Shown here piece by piece: positions 26,798 through 38,000 of a DNA stretch of 64,000 nt (the stretch's first letter is position 1; the number at the start of each line of letters is the position of its first letter). A program made the translations under genes and the position numbers. Under the pieces are notes generated by a model that saw nothing but the letters and a program-made list of their open reading frames with translations, did no database searches and was not told where the DNA came from. The stretch spans positions 129,656-193,655 of the forward strand of contig CAZAMC010000002.1 of the NCBI GenBank assembly GCA_964486505.1, given 5' to 3'. The stretch is from an uncultured Gammaproteobacteria bacterium (GTDB taxonomy: Bacteria; Patescibacteriota; Patescibacteriia; PEXW01).

Positions 26798-28339
26798 TTA
26801 CGTGGAGCTGGCAGGAGGGAGGTTACGAGATGCGCTTGGGTAAGAATTACTCGCGATGCTGATGGCCGTCTTGCCCAGGACGAGCAGGACTTTTGGGGCG
26901 GCTATCTCGGTATTGGTGTTCTGGTTGTGGTTGGCATTGCCGTTGGTCACGGTGGTGCCGGCGGTGAGCGGTACATCGGTGGGCAGGATAGTGGTGACGG
27001 TGCCACCGTACTTCTGCTGCAGCGCCGCCACGGTTTGCGTTGCCGTGCCGTTGGAGAGGTCGACGATGACTGTATTGTCGTACCGTGTGGTTTTCGGCGC
27101 CTGGGCGTAGGAGCGTACGTTGTAGGCAAACCCGCGCAGGAAGGTGCTCACGGAACTCGCCAGACCGGCCTCGCCCGTCGCATTCACCACTTGCACCGGA
27201 GCGGCTTCGCGCAGCACCGCGTTGTTCTGGAAGATGTTCGCTGCAAGTTCATGAATTTCTGCGTAGTTGCCAAGGCCCAAGCGGGGCTGGATGACGTAGG
27301 CGCCATCAAGACCCGTGCCTTGGCGAACCAGGTTATCCGTGGAGGTTTCCAGCACCCGTGTCACCAGACGTTCGGGGCTCAGGTCTTTGGCAATGCTGGC
27401 CAGGCGGGCAACTTCCCAGAGTTCAAACGTCGTGTTCACGTGGCTGCCCAGCGAATCCAGGAGGCCGCTGATTTTCCCAGGGTTGGTGAGGGTGCCGAGG
27501 GACAGAGTTTTCTCGCGGAGAGCGAGCAGGAGCTTCTGCTGCCGCTTGGAGCGAGCGAAGTCCGAGCCTTCGCCATTCGTGCCATGCCGCGAGCGGGAGA
27601 ATTGCAGAGCCCGCTCACCGTCGAAGTGCTGTGTCCCAGTTTCGAAGCGAATAGTTTGGTAGCCGTAGTTGTACGTGGGGTACTCGTAGTCAACGAATGG
27701 TACGTCGACGGTCACGTCTATGCCGCCGACTGCGTCCACGGCTTGCTTAAAGCCGTTGAAGTCCACGCGCGTGAAGTAGTGCACAGTCTGGCCCGTAACC
27801 GACTCAACGATTTTTGTCATGAGCGCGTCTCCGCCGGTGGGTTCGGCCGTTGTGTTACCAAAGGCCAGGGCGTTGTTGATCTTCCGGTAGCCGTACCCTG
27901 GGATGTCCACCAAAAAGTCCCGAGGTATCGAGAGCATCGCCACATCCTGTGTGGTGTTGTCGATGCTCGCCAAGATAATGGTGTCCGCTAAGTATGGGCC
28001 CTCATGTCCTGGGCCGCCGTGACCAACCAGGAGGATGTTCGTACGGTTCTTGTCGTCGTGTTTGAGTTCCCGATCGCCCGGTACAATGAGCTTACCGAGT
28101 TGCTCAAGGGGGGAGGCGTTATTCGTCCCACCAAAAACATCCGCGCTCACTCGCAGTAACTTCCAGCCCAAGCCAATGGCCACCACGGCAACTACACCGG
28201 CCGTAGCCACGGCGAGGTGCCACCAGTGAAAGTGGTAACGCCGCTTTTTCAACGGTAAAGCTCCCGGTCCTGGGGTGAGGTCCGGTGGGGTTGGCGTTGT
28301 TGCTTTTTTTCCTTTTCCTTCAGGTGCTTTCAGGGCCAT
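26798..28339 (-). CDS. LytR-CpsA-Psr (LCP) family cell-envelope phosphotransferase with C-terminal LytR_C domain
   Basis: Internal Met MALKAPEGKG... at 28339 chosen as start (short cytoplasmic tail + TM). LCP core LLVGHGGPGHEGPYLADTIILASID...MLSIPRD. Confidence 0.8.
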   Translation of the reverse strand: MALKAPEGKGKKATTPTPPDLTPGPGALPLKKRRYHFHWWHLAVATAGVVAVVAIGLGWKLLRVSADVFGGTNNASPLEQLGKLIVPGDRELKHDDKNRTNILLVGHGGPGHEGPYLADTIILASIDNTTQDVAMLSIPRDFLVDIPGYGYRKINNALAFGNTTAEPTGGDALMTKIVESVTGQTVHYFTRVDFNGFKQAVDAVGGIDVTVDVPFVDYEYPTYNYGYQTIRFETGTQHFDGERALQFSRSRHGTNGEGSDFARSKRQQKLLLALREKTLSLGTLTNPGKISGLLDSLGSHVNTTFELWEVARLASIAKDLSPERLVTRVLETSTDNLVRQGTGLDGAYVIQPRLGLGNYAEIHELAANIFQNNAVLREAAPVQVVNATGEAGLASSVSTFLRGFAYNVRSYAQAPKTTRYDNTVIVDLSNGTATQTVAALQQKYGGTVTTILPTDVPLTAGTTVTNGNANHNQNTNTEIAAPKVLLVLGKTAISIASNSYPSASRNLPPASST

Positions 28340-28591
28340 AGAACACGCAAAACGGCTCGCGCTTGTGGGTGCACCGTACCAATTTCCTACCGCCGAGTCA
28401 AGGACGAGAGGGCAAGGGGCTGGGCTTGCGTGAAGTGAAAAATGTGCTACAATTCGGCACATTCGCGCGATTTTTCTGTGCGGGCACGTTGCGCCACTGG
28501 GTCTCGCCATCAGGCAGACGAGTGTGGCCCATCGCGAGCGTCCAGGGGATAGCGCTCCACCACACGTTCTCGTGCACATCTGCACTCCTGC

Positions 28592-28665
28592 GGGTATGTA
28601 GCTCAGCTGGTTAGAGCGCGCCGTTCACATCGGCGAGGTCCCTGGTCCGAATCCAGGCATGCCCA
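28592..28665 (+). tRNA. tRNA-Val (CAC), CCA encoded
   Basis: gggtatg/catgccc acceptor, D-arm GCTCAGCTGGTTAGAGC, anticodon loop uuCACau, T-arm cctgg-tccgaat-ccagg, a-CCA. Confidence 0.85.
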
Positions 28666-28838
28666 CCACGCGTCATCGCTTGCTCGCCCTTCGTCCCGCC
28701 ATACGGCAGGACTCCGGACTCCGCCAACGTGCCGCTTTACCCCAGCACCGCGTACTCGTCCCGTAGATACGGGGCTGCGTGCCACGCTGCTGGGCCCCGG
28801 TAAGCACTCGGTAGCATTTCATCATTCACCCGAAGCAC

Positions 28839-29417
28839 ATGCCAACTGATTTGAAGAAGTTTAAGCTCCAGGGTGGTTGGCTCATGCTCTGGGAGGTTGT
28901 GAAGGTCGTGGCTATGGCCTTGGTTATTGTTGTAGTTGTGAAGCACTTCCTCTTCCAGCCGTTCTACGTGAAAGGCGCGTCCATGGAGCCCAACTATGAG
29001 GATCACGAGTACCTCATCATTGATGAGTTGACGTATCGGTTCCGTGAGCCAACCCGGGGTGAAGTGGTCGTCTTCCACTACCCCAACGATCCTAGCCAGT
29101 ACTTCATCAAGCGCGTGATCGGTTTGCCAGGCGAAACGGTGGTGGTGGATGACGACGGGGTCATGGTGAATGGCCAGCGCCTGAATGAATCGGTGTACTT
29201 AAGCTCGGACGTGCTCACCGTTGGGGATACAGACGTTACGTTGGGCGCCGACCAGTACTTCGTCATGGGGGACAATCGGCCTTCAAGCTTAGACTCTCGG
29301 ATATTCGGTCCCATTGAACGCTCACGCATTGTTGGCCGCACGTGGTTCCGCGCGTGGCCCTTTAGCCGACTCACTCACTTCACCGCCCCGGCCTACCTCC
29401 CGGTCAGTGCGCTCTAG
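28839..29417 (+). CDS. lepB: Signal peptidase I
   Basis: GASMEPN (Ser box), KRVIGLPGE, GDNRPSSLDSR boxes. Confidence 0.9.
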   Translation: MPTDLKKFKLQGGWLMLWEVVKVVAMALVIVVVVKHFLFQPFYVKGASMEPNYEDHEYLIIDELTYRFREPTRGEVVVFHYPNDPSQYFIKRVIGLPGETVVVDDDGVMVNGQRLNESVYLSSDVLTVGDTDVTLGADQYFVMGDNRPSSLDSRIFGPIERSRIVGRTWFRAWPFSRLTHFTAPAYLPVSAL

Positions 29418-29428
29418 CCATCACCCCT

Positions 29429-30808
29429 ATGCTACCGAAGAAAGCCCCTCCCGTTCCTGAACCTTTTGTCCCGAAGAAGGGGAAGACCCCTATGCTCGTC
29501 CGCGGTATGAAGGACATCCTCCCGGTCGACTGGCCGTGGTGGAACCTGGTGACCCAGAAGGTCATTGACGTGGCCCGGGATTTTGGTTTTGAGCGGATTG
29601 AAACGCCCATTCTTGAAGAGAACACCACCTTTGTGCGGAGCGTGGGCAAGGATACCGACATCGTTGAGAAGGAACTCTTCAACTTCACCGATCGGGGTGG
29701 CGATATGGTGGCCATGCGTCCCGAGGGGACAGCGGGCGTTGTGCGGGCCTACTTGGAGCACGGCATGCTCACCATGCCCCAGCCGGTGAAGCTTTTCTAC
29801 ATTGGCCCAATGTTCCGCTACGACCGGCCCCAGAGCGGCCGATACCGGCAGTTCTGGCAATTTGGCTTTGAGATCATTGGGGATGGTCACCCGGTCGTTG
29901 ACGCCGAGCTCATTGCCATTGGCGCCACCGTATACCAGGAGTTAGGCGTACCAGTGCGCGTACAGGTGAATTCGGTCGGGGACGCGCCGTCCCGCGCGGC
30001 GTACATCAAAGTGCTCACCGAGTACTTCAAGCCCCGCCGCAACCGGCTGTGTGAAGACTGCAAGAAGCGCCTGCAGAAAAATCCACTGCGCATCCTCGAC
30101 TGCAAGGTCGCCGACTGCCAATTACTCGCGCAGGATGTGCCGCCGTTCCTGGACCACCTCTCCGAACCCGCACGGGAGCACTTTGTGAAAGTTCTTGAGC
30201 ACTTGGACGATATGGAAGTAGCCTACGATTTAAATCCCCGCATCGTACGTGGTCTCGATTACTACACGCACACCGCGTTTGAGTACACCATTGCCGATGA
30301 CGTGGGGGTAGAGAAGCAACAGAGCGCCGTTGGGGGCGGCGGGCGGTACGACGGGCTCGTGGAGCTCTTCGGCGGTCGGCCAACACCGGCAATAGGCTTT
30401 GCCGGGGGCCTAGAGCGGACCGTGATGCAGCTGAAGGCCCGCGGCATCCAGCCACCAACGCCTATTCGGCCCGATGTGTTCCTGGCACAACTCGGGGATG
30501 CCGCACGGCGCAAGGCCATAAAGCTCTTCCGCGAGCTCCGCAGTTTGGGTATCCGTACGGCGGCCACGTTCTCGAAGACCAGCATTAAGGGCCAGCTCGA
30601 GGCCGCTAACCGCATGCGGGCGCCCTTTACCCTCATCCTCGGCCAGAAGGAGATGGTCGACAATACCATCCTCGTCCGGGACATGGAGAGCGGCATTCAG
30701 GAAGTTGTGGACTTTAACAAGGCCGTTGCGGAAGTGCAGAAGCGGGTACAGAAGGCGAATGGCGAAAAGCAGCTCGTGAACGGTGAAGCAGCTGAACCCC
30801 AGGAGTGA
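29429..30808 (+). CDS. hisS: Histidyl-tRNA synthetase
   Basis: Class II aaRS HisS motifs, C-terminal anticodon-binding domain. N-terminal start may be the internal MLVRGMKD. Confidence 0.9.
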   Translation: MLPKKAPPVPEPFVPKKGKTPMLVRGMKDILPVDWPWWNLVTQKVIDVARDFGFERIETPILEENTTFVRSVGKDTDIVEKELFNFTDRGGDMVAMRPEGTAGVVRAYLEHGMLTMPQPVKLFYIGPMFRYDRPQSGRYRQFWQFGFEIIGDGHPVVDAELIAIGATVYQELGVPVRVQVNSVGDAPSRAAYIKVLTEYFKPRRNRLCEDCKKRLQKNPLRILDCKVADCQLLAQDVPPFLDHLSEPAREHFVKVLEHLDDMEVAYDLNPRIVRGLDYYTHTAFEYTIADDVGVEKQQSAVGGGGRYDGLVELFGGRPTPAIGFAGGLERTVMQLKARGIQPPTPIRPDVFLAQLGDAARRKAIKLFRELRSLGIRTAATFSKTSIKGQLEAANRMRAPFTLILGQKEMVDNTILVRDMESGIQEVVDFNKAVAEVQKRVQKANGEKQLVNGEAAEPQE

Positions 30809-30811
30809 GGT

Positions 30812-31135
30812 ATGGACTGCGTGTTCTGCAAAATCGCCGAGGGCGTCGTGCCGGCCAAGCGCGTGTGGGAGAACGAGCTCTTCGTCGCTTTTGAAGACCT
30901 CCGTCCGAAAGCGCCGGTCCACGTCCTCATAGCCCCGCGGCAACACATCGTGAGCCTGAATGATGCGCCCGCTAGCATTCTGCAGGCGCTCGGGCAGAGT
31001 ATCCTCGCGGTTGCTGAGTATACCGGGGTGAAGGCGCGGGGGTACCGCACCATCATTAATACCGGCGTTGAGGGTGGCCAAGAAGTGCAGCACCTCCACG
31101 TACACGTCCTAGGCGGGAAGCCTCTTGGCATCTAG
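30812..31135 (+). CDS. HIT-family (histidine triad) hydrolase
   Basis: HVHVLGG histidine triad. Confidence 0.8.
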   Translation: MDCVFCKIAEGVVPAKRVWENELFVAFEDLRPKAPVHVLIAPRQHIVSLNDAPASILQALGQSILAVAEYTGVKARGYRTIINTGVEGGQEVQHLHVHVLGGKPLGI

Positions 31136-31227
31136 TGCTGGAAGGGCGGGGGAAGGCCCTTGCCTTTTTTGATTTGTCGTGTCATAGTGCATTCATCCCT
31201 ACCGTAGTTTGAAAGGAGGTTTCCCCT

Positions 31228-31518
31228 GTGGTTGAAGTAAAGAAGAAAGAGAACGAGTCGTCGGAAAGTCTCATCCGTCGATTCAATCGCCGCGTGCAGC
31301 AAAGCGGGGTTCTACTCCGAACCAAGAAAGACCAGTACTTCGAACCGGCGCCCAATGAGCGACTGCTCAAGCAGAAGGCTATTCGCCGAACGAAGATCCG
31401 TGAGAAGAAAGAGTACTTACGGAAAATTGGTAAACTCGACGAGCTCATGGCCAAGACGAAAGGCCGTGGCCGGACGCGTAGTCTCGCAAAGCTTTTGAAC
31501 GTGAAATTCAAGAAATGA
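31228..31518 (+). CDS. rpsU: 30S ribosomal protein S21 (GTG start)
   Basis: SLIRRFNRRVQQSGVLLRTKKDQYFEPAPNERLLKQKAIRR: bS21 family. Confidence 0.8.
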   Translation: MVEVKKKENESSESLIRRFNRRVQQSGVLLRTKKDQYFEPAPNERLLKQKAIRRTKIREKKEYLRKIGKLDELMAKTKGRGRTRSLAKLLNVKFKK

Positions 31519-31961
31519 CCTTAGCGCAGCGTATTGAGGCCGACCTGACGACGGCACTGAAGGCCCACCAAGCCCAACATGTGGAGGTGCTTCGATTCCT
31601 GAAGAGCAGCCTCCAGAATGCCAAGATTGCGAAGCGTGATGACCTCACCGATGCTGACGTCGAGAAAGCTATTGCGACCGAGGTGAAGCGCCGTACGGAA
31701 GCCGTGGAGCAATTTCGGGCGGGTGGCCGCGAGGAGCTCGCTGCGGCCGATGTCGCCGCCATCGATATCTTGAAAGTCTACCTCCCGCAACCGCTCACCG
31801 AAGCCGAGATTGCAGCACTGGTTCAGGCACAGGTGCAGGCTACGGGTGCCAAGGGCCCGGCTGACTTTGGCAAAGTTATGGGGCCGGTCATGGCCCAGGT
31901 CGGTACACGGGCGGACGGCAAAGCTGTCCAAGCTGTGGTCAAGAAGGTTCTTACCCCCTAA
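31515..31961 (+). CDS. yqeY: GatB/YqeY domain protein
   Basis: Typical S21-YqeY pairing; whole-length YqeY similarity. Confidence 0.8.
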   Translation: MTLAQRIEADLTTALKAHQAQHVEVLRFLKSSLQNAKIAKRDDLTDADVEKAIATEVKRRTEAVEQFRAGGREELAAADVAAIDILKVYLPQPLTEAEIAALVQAQVQATGAKGPADFGKVMGPVMAQVGTRADGKAVQAVVKKVLTP

Positions 31962-32010
31962 AGCATCTCCTCTCCATTCATGCACTGCTGTTCGCTTGTC
32001 GGCACGCAGC

Positions 32011-35000
32011 ATGCCCACCACCAACCCTAACGCTCGACGTGCGTTTCTCCTCGGCCTCAGCGGTACGCTGCTGGCCGTGGTTGGGTTGTTCCTGCTGGCG
32101 CAAGTAACCAACGCCATCACCGTTGAAGATGTGGGTGGCACGTTGGGCTTGGGGAATGCTGATCTCAAGCAGACCATTGTCAACGTGGTGAAGTGGGCTT
32201 TGGGCTTGCTGGGTTTGGTGGCGATCATTGTCATGCTGTACGGTGGCTTCCTCTGGATGACGTCACGGGGGAACGAGAAGCAAATTGAAAAAGCGAAGCG
32301 CACGCTCATTAACGGGGCCATTGGCCTGGTCATCATCTTGGTGTCCTGGGCAATTGTCCTGTTCATCCAACGGTTCATCACGAACGCCACGGGGAATGCC
32401 CAAGCCTCCGGGCAGTGCCAGATGAGCTTGCCGGCCGAGTGGGGCTACTGCAACTTGTGTGACGATACCTTGGACCCCCGGCCGGACTTTGGCTTCCTCG
32501 TACCAGACCCATCCTGCATTACGCCAGATTCCAATACGTATTACGCGGACTGGCAGAATCCAGTGCACGAGGAAGCGGACGTGAGCCTGTGCTCGGCGGT
32601 GTCCGCCCACTTCACTGGCCTTACGCCTGCCGCGGCCAACGACATTAGCATTAGTAGCACCTTCCCGGTCACGGATGGCTCGGGGAATTCGCCGACGCAC
32701 ACTGTGAATTTCTTTGGCCCAACTGCTGAGTTCGTCCACCCCACCGAAGACTTCCTGCCCAATACGCAGTACAGCGTTGATGTGAACGGGATTATCAGCA
32801 GCGATGGCACAGCCGCCACGCAGCCGCCAGGGGGGTGGACATTTACAACGGGCACCACGAGCGACGAAGATCCGCCAACCGTGTCGCTGACTGCACCGAC
32901 GAACAACGAAACGATTCAGTGTTTGTCACCGGTCATCGAGGTGCGGTTCAGCGAGTCCATGCTCGCGTCGAGCATGTACAATCCCGCAAACTTCCGCATT
33001 ACGCCCGCCGACGCGGCCGTGGCACGCATCGACATGCCCCGTTCCGATACCTTGCAAATCACCTTGGATAAGCCTTTGGTGAAGAACCGCACGTACACGA
33101 TTACCCTCAATGCAGACACCGACCCCAACGCAACGGGCGGCTTCTACTCCGGGTACAAGGACACGTGCATTAACGCGCTGGATGGCGACAGTGATGGGAC
33201 GGCTGAAGATGGTGATGGCCAACCGAACACCCTGCCGCCGGACGACGACTTCTCGTGGGTCTTCACGACGGCGGACACCGACACCGTTGACTGCACGCCG
33301 GTGATTACCAGCGTCACCACGCCGGCCTACCATGGGAACCCCACTGACCCCAACCGCGTGGTGGTTCGGGGCTCCAACTTTGGGTTAACGCCACGCGTGC
33401 GCTTCAGCGGCAACGTGCTGGCCACGGACATTGGCGGGACAAACAGTTTGTGCTTCGACGATAACAACATCCCGCAGCGCACAGGTTCGCCAGCCTGCAT
33501 CCACACCGACCCGGCTATACCCACGCCCACGTCGGCGCGCATCGATGCCATGGTACCCACAGGTCCTCTTGCCTACGCGCCGAATGGCGCTATGACTGGC
33601 CCGGTAACCGTGGAAGTCGCCGGCCGCTCGAGCCCGCCCTCATCCAACGTGGAGGTGCGCAGCCCACACATCACGGGCATTTACCCGCGCGAGGGGAAGG
33701 CGGGTCGATTCGTGACCATCTTCGGTGAAAATTTTGGAGTCAATGGGCGCGTCCGCTTCCGCATTCCGGGTGGTTCTAACCTCCTCGCCTCCACGCCCAG
33801 CTGCTCATCAACGCCGTGGTCAGATACGCAAATTTTGGTCCAGGTGCCGGAAGGCTTCACCTTTGGCGACACGACGTTCATCCAAGTTGACACGGATACC
33901 TACGCCGACGTACGGGGGATGAGCAACCTGGCGCAGTTCGACATCCGCGATGTGAGCGGGCCAAACCTCTGCAGTATCAACCCGAGTAGCAGCAATGACC
34001 CCAGCGCTTCACTGGACGCCCTCGGCGACGGCTTTGGCACAAACCCCGCAGTGGTTTCCACCCGCTACAGCTCGTTCGCCGGCAACCTCGTGTCGCTCAC
34101 CGATGACCAGCACCTCAGGGCCGCTCCGGGGGCGCCACTTGCCAATGGCACGTACAACTTCTTCGTAACCGTGAATGGCGTAGCCTCGAACCCGTTGCAG
34201 TACCGCATCCCCCGCGATCCGGCACCGGCGGTGGTCTTCGACAGTTCCTGCAGCACAAGTGTGCCAGTCATTCGTTCGCCAAACCCACTTCCCGATACGG
34301 CCGATGCTTGTCGGAACCTCGGCGTGGCCGTTCGGTTTACCGAATCTATGAACCCGGCCGCGGCGGGTGGCACAACCGACCCGACTCTCTTCTACGTTAG
34401 TCGGTGCAATAACACCGCGACATTCGATCCCGCCGCCTGCAGCGGCACGGTGAATGGTACGCGGGCAAATGCCACCTATAACCAGAGCGACGACCTCGTC
34501 GCCTTTGCTCCAGCCGGTGACCGTTTCGACGATGGGTACTGGTACCAAGTAACCGTGAAGGCGGGCATCCCGAGCGCTGCCGGGGCCCTCTTGCCGCAGG
34601 ATGTTGTGTGGCACTTCCGCGTTCGGGAGACCGGCGGGGACTGTCAGGCCGAGGCTGTCGGTGTAACGCCGCCACAAATTGGGCCTCTCGCTACCGGCCA
34701 GTCGGGTGTTTTCACGGCGCTTGCAACGAACAACTCCTGCTCGATTCTCCTGGGGCTTCCTGGTGATTTCAACTGGAGTTCGAGTGACACGTCAATGGCC
34801 AGCGATCCCACTGAGTCAACTGTTCCTGCTGGTGCTCAGCCGGCGGATAACACCGGCACGACCACCGTGCAACCCGGAAGCATAGACGGCACGGCGAACA
34901 TCAGCGCCACGTACAGCGGCCTCACCGGGAGTGGCAACCTCATTGTCCAGCGCAACTACTGCGAGACCAATACGGACTGCGCTACGCGGACGAATAGCTA

Positions 35001-38000
35001 CGGCGATGTGTGCACGGGCGCAATTTGCAACGTTGCCTTGCGGACATGTGAACCGCGGGTACTCACACTCCAATCTGGCTCACAGACTGGCACCGCGGTG
35101 AACGGCCCAGCGGGGAATATGATCAACGTTCGCGGGTGTTACTTTGGCGGCGGCATGGGTGCGAATGGCAAAGTGACCTTCACGAACGGCGGGAACATTG
35201 CTGACGGCAGCTTTGCTATCTGCGGCCCAGCCGGCTGGACGAATGACCTCATTCGCGTCCAGGCCATGCCCGATACTGATCCGCCCGCCTCAGCGAACAC
35301 CATCTGGAGCGTGCAGGTGTTGGCCGATAATGGCTTAGGCAGCAACAACGACACCACCTACACCATCAGCTCCCAGTGTACGACCCCAACGAATGGCACG
35401 ACGTCTGTTCCGGGAACGGGCGTGCCTATCCTTTGTGGCACCCTGCCACCTGCCGGTCGGGAAGGGGATGCGATTCAGTACCAAGGGGCGCGTTTCACGG
35501 CGAGTAGCGAGGCCTTCTTCTCCGAGGCGAATGGCCCGCTCAATCAGCTGCCCCTTCCGGGCGCAGCCACTACGGTAACCCCGCCGAGCACCGCTATGAG
35601 CCACGTCGCCGTGGATACCGGTATCCCGACTGGTGGTACTACCGCGGCGACCACGATTGGCGTACCCACTGGGGGAGACTTCTGCATTGCCACGCCGGTG
35701 GACTTTAGCGTGAGCTGCACCCAGAACAGCGAGTGTGGCACCACTGGTTGCTGTGTCGGTAACGCGTGCCGACCGACCGCTGTGTGTACCAATGGGCTTA
35801 TCAGCGGTATTACGCCGGGCGCCGGCACGCTCCAGTGCCGCAACCAGAATTTCGTCGTCACGTTCAACAAGTCCATGCGCCCAGAGACGGTGACCAACAC
35901 CACCGTCTACCTCTACGACGCCAACACAAATGCCCCAGTGCCAACCTCGTTCGCCTTTGACGGAACCAACGCCACCTTTACTGCTACCGATGCGCTTCCG
36001 AATGGGACCTACCGCATCCGCGTCGTGGGTGGGTCCGCGGGTGTGACCGCCACCGACAACACGTTCCTCCCCGCTGACTACGTGTGGCCGCAAGGGGCGG
36101 GAGTCTACACAGTGGATGCATCGTCACGAGTTTGCACTGTTGCACGCGTGAACATCCTCGAAATCCCCCCGCAAACAGTAATTACGCAAGATTTGTTCAC
36201 TTGCACCAGCGATTCGTGTGCCGGCGACGACGATCCGGTTGCTGGGAATCAACATCGCTACCGCGTGGCTGCGTATGACAGCCAGGATAACGAGCTCGGT
36301 CTCGCGAACCAATCGTGGGTAGAAGCAGATCCCGCAGGCGGGACGTACGCCTCGTCACCGGCGGGTACGTACTGCCCCGGGAATACGACGAGTAGCTTCT
36401 ACTGTGCTCTAGCGCGGAATATTCCAGAGGGGACCGAGCAACTAACCGTGAACATCACCGCAACCCAGAGCGCCGGAACGGGTACGGCGAGCATGCCCAT
36501 TCGCGCGTACATGTGCGCCAGCCCCTGGCCGGCGCCGCCTGCCTGGCCGTTCCGCGATCCGGACACCGGCACTGAACCCACGCACAACTTTACCTTCTCC
36601 TTCTGTCGCGATGGGGGAGTGAATGGGTATACCCTCAGCAACCCCATTCCGAGCTTGGCGCCGACGGGCAACATCCGGAAGGAGTACATCATGGCGGTTC
36701 TTGATGATACGGGTCGCAACATTGGCGATGCGATTGGTATCCGTATTGAGTCAAACCTGCGAGATCTCTCACCCACGCGCTGGTACAACCAGAAGTTCGA
36801 TCCGGATACGGGTGGTGGGGTTACGGAGGTTGACGGGTACCCCGCCCTCCGTGAAGGTCGGACAGTGTACGTGACTGCCGACAACTACGCGCCGCAAGAC
36901 GCGGCCCGGCCATGGTCGTACCCCAATGTCTACGTGGTTTCCCACACGGCGAATCCGCGCCCCGAAACCGTGGCGATCTTTGACCAGATTTTGAAGAACC
37001 TGAAGTTCAATGACGAGGCTACACCGTTACCGCAGCAGCTCCTCAGTGACCTTCGCTATGACGTGAAGCGCATCCACGCCTACAGCGAGATCGTCTACGC
37101 CATTCAGGCCTACAAGGAGGCGCACAACGGTGCTTTCCCCAACCTCGAGTCCGGCTCGTACTTGAAGAACCTCACCATGACCGCCTGGCCATCCTGGCAA
37201 GAGAACCTGGGTGCCCAGATTGGCATTACCATGCCGCAGGATCCGCAGAAGCTCTGGGACCCCCAGACCACACCACGACAGGCACCCGCCATGTGCGGCA
37301 CGGGCTTCGACCAGAATACGTGCTGGAATGAGGAGGACAAGGTTGCGCAATTCCCGAATCGCAGTCCCTATACCGGCACCGCGCCGCGGGAGTCTACGGG
37401 CATGATTTACCGTTCTGGTCCGGTGGGCTCCAACACGTCACCGTTCCACCTCATTGGCACGGTCAGCGACCACTTTGTCTGGCACTACTTGAATAGCGGT
37501 TTCATGGATGCGTGGTTGGATTGCATTGATATTACGAACAAGGCAACCGACGTGTGTCCAGGTGATTCTGTTTGCACTGGCTTCAACATGGCCCTCTGCT
37601 CAGATTCTTTCGGCCGGATTAACGCCCTGCGCAACCCATCGCCGGCTGACAGCACGCAGCCCACCATTGCCAGCGTAGAACCCGCATCGGGTACTCGCCT
37701 CGGTGGCACGGTGCAGTTTAAAGTTTCGGCGAGTGATAATCCCGGTGGGAGCGGTATTGGTCGGGTGGAGTTCGTGGTGCGACGCGGCGGGGCGATCGTG
37801 GCCCAGAGCACGTCAAGCCGACCGGATAGGGATGGCAAGTACGTTTGGTCGTGGGACTCACGGACCGTATTGAATAATACTGGGTACAGTTTGACCGTCA
37901 CGGCATTCGACGTCGCGGGGAACGCGGCGGTGTTCGCTCCCGCCCCGACCTACGAAGTCGCAAACGCACCCGGTGATCCAACCGCCCCGGTCATTACCCT

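Noticed and set aside
31810-32010. TTG-initiated N-terminal extension of the giant ORF (the ORF track shows M at 31810)
   Set aside because: It overlaps the 3' half of yqeY in another frame. The ATG at 32011 gives a proper signal/pilin-like N-terminus.
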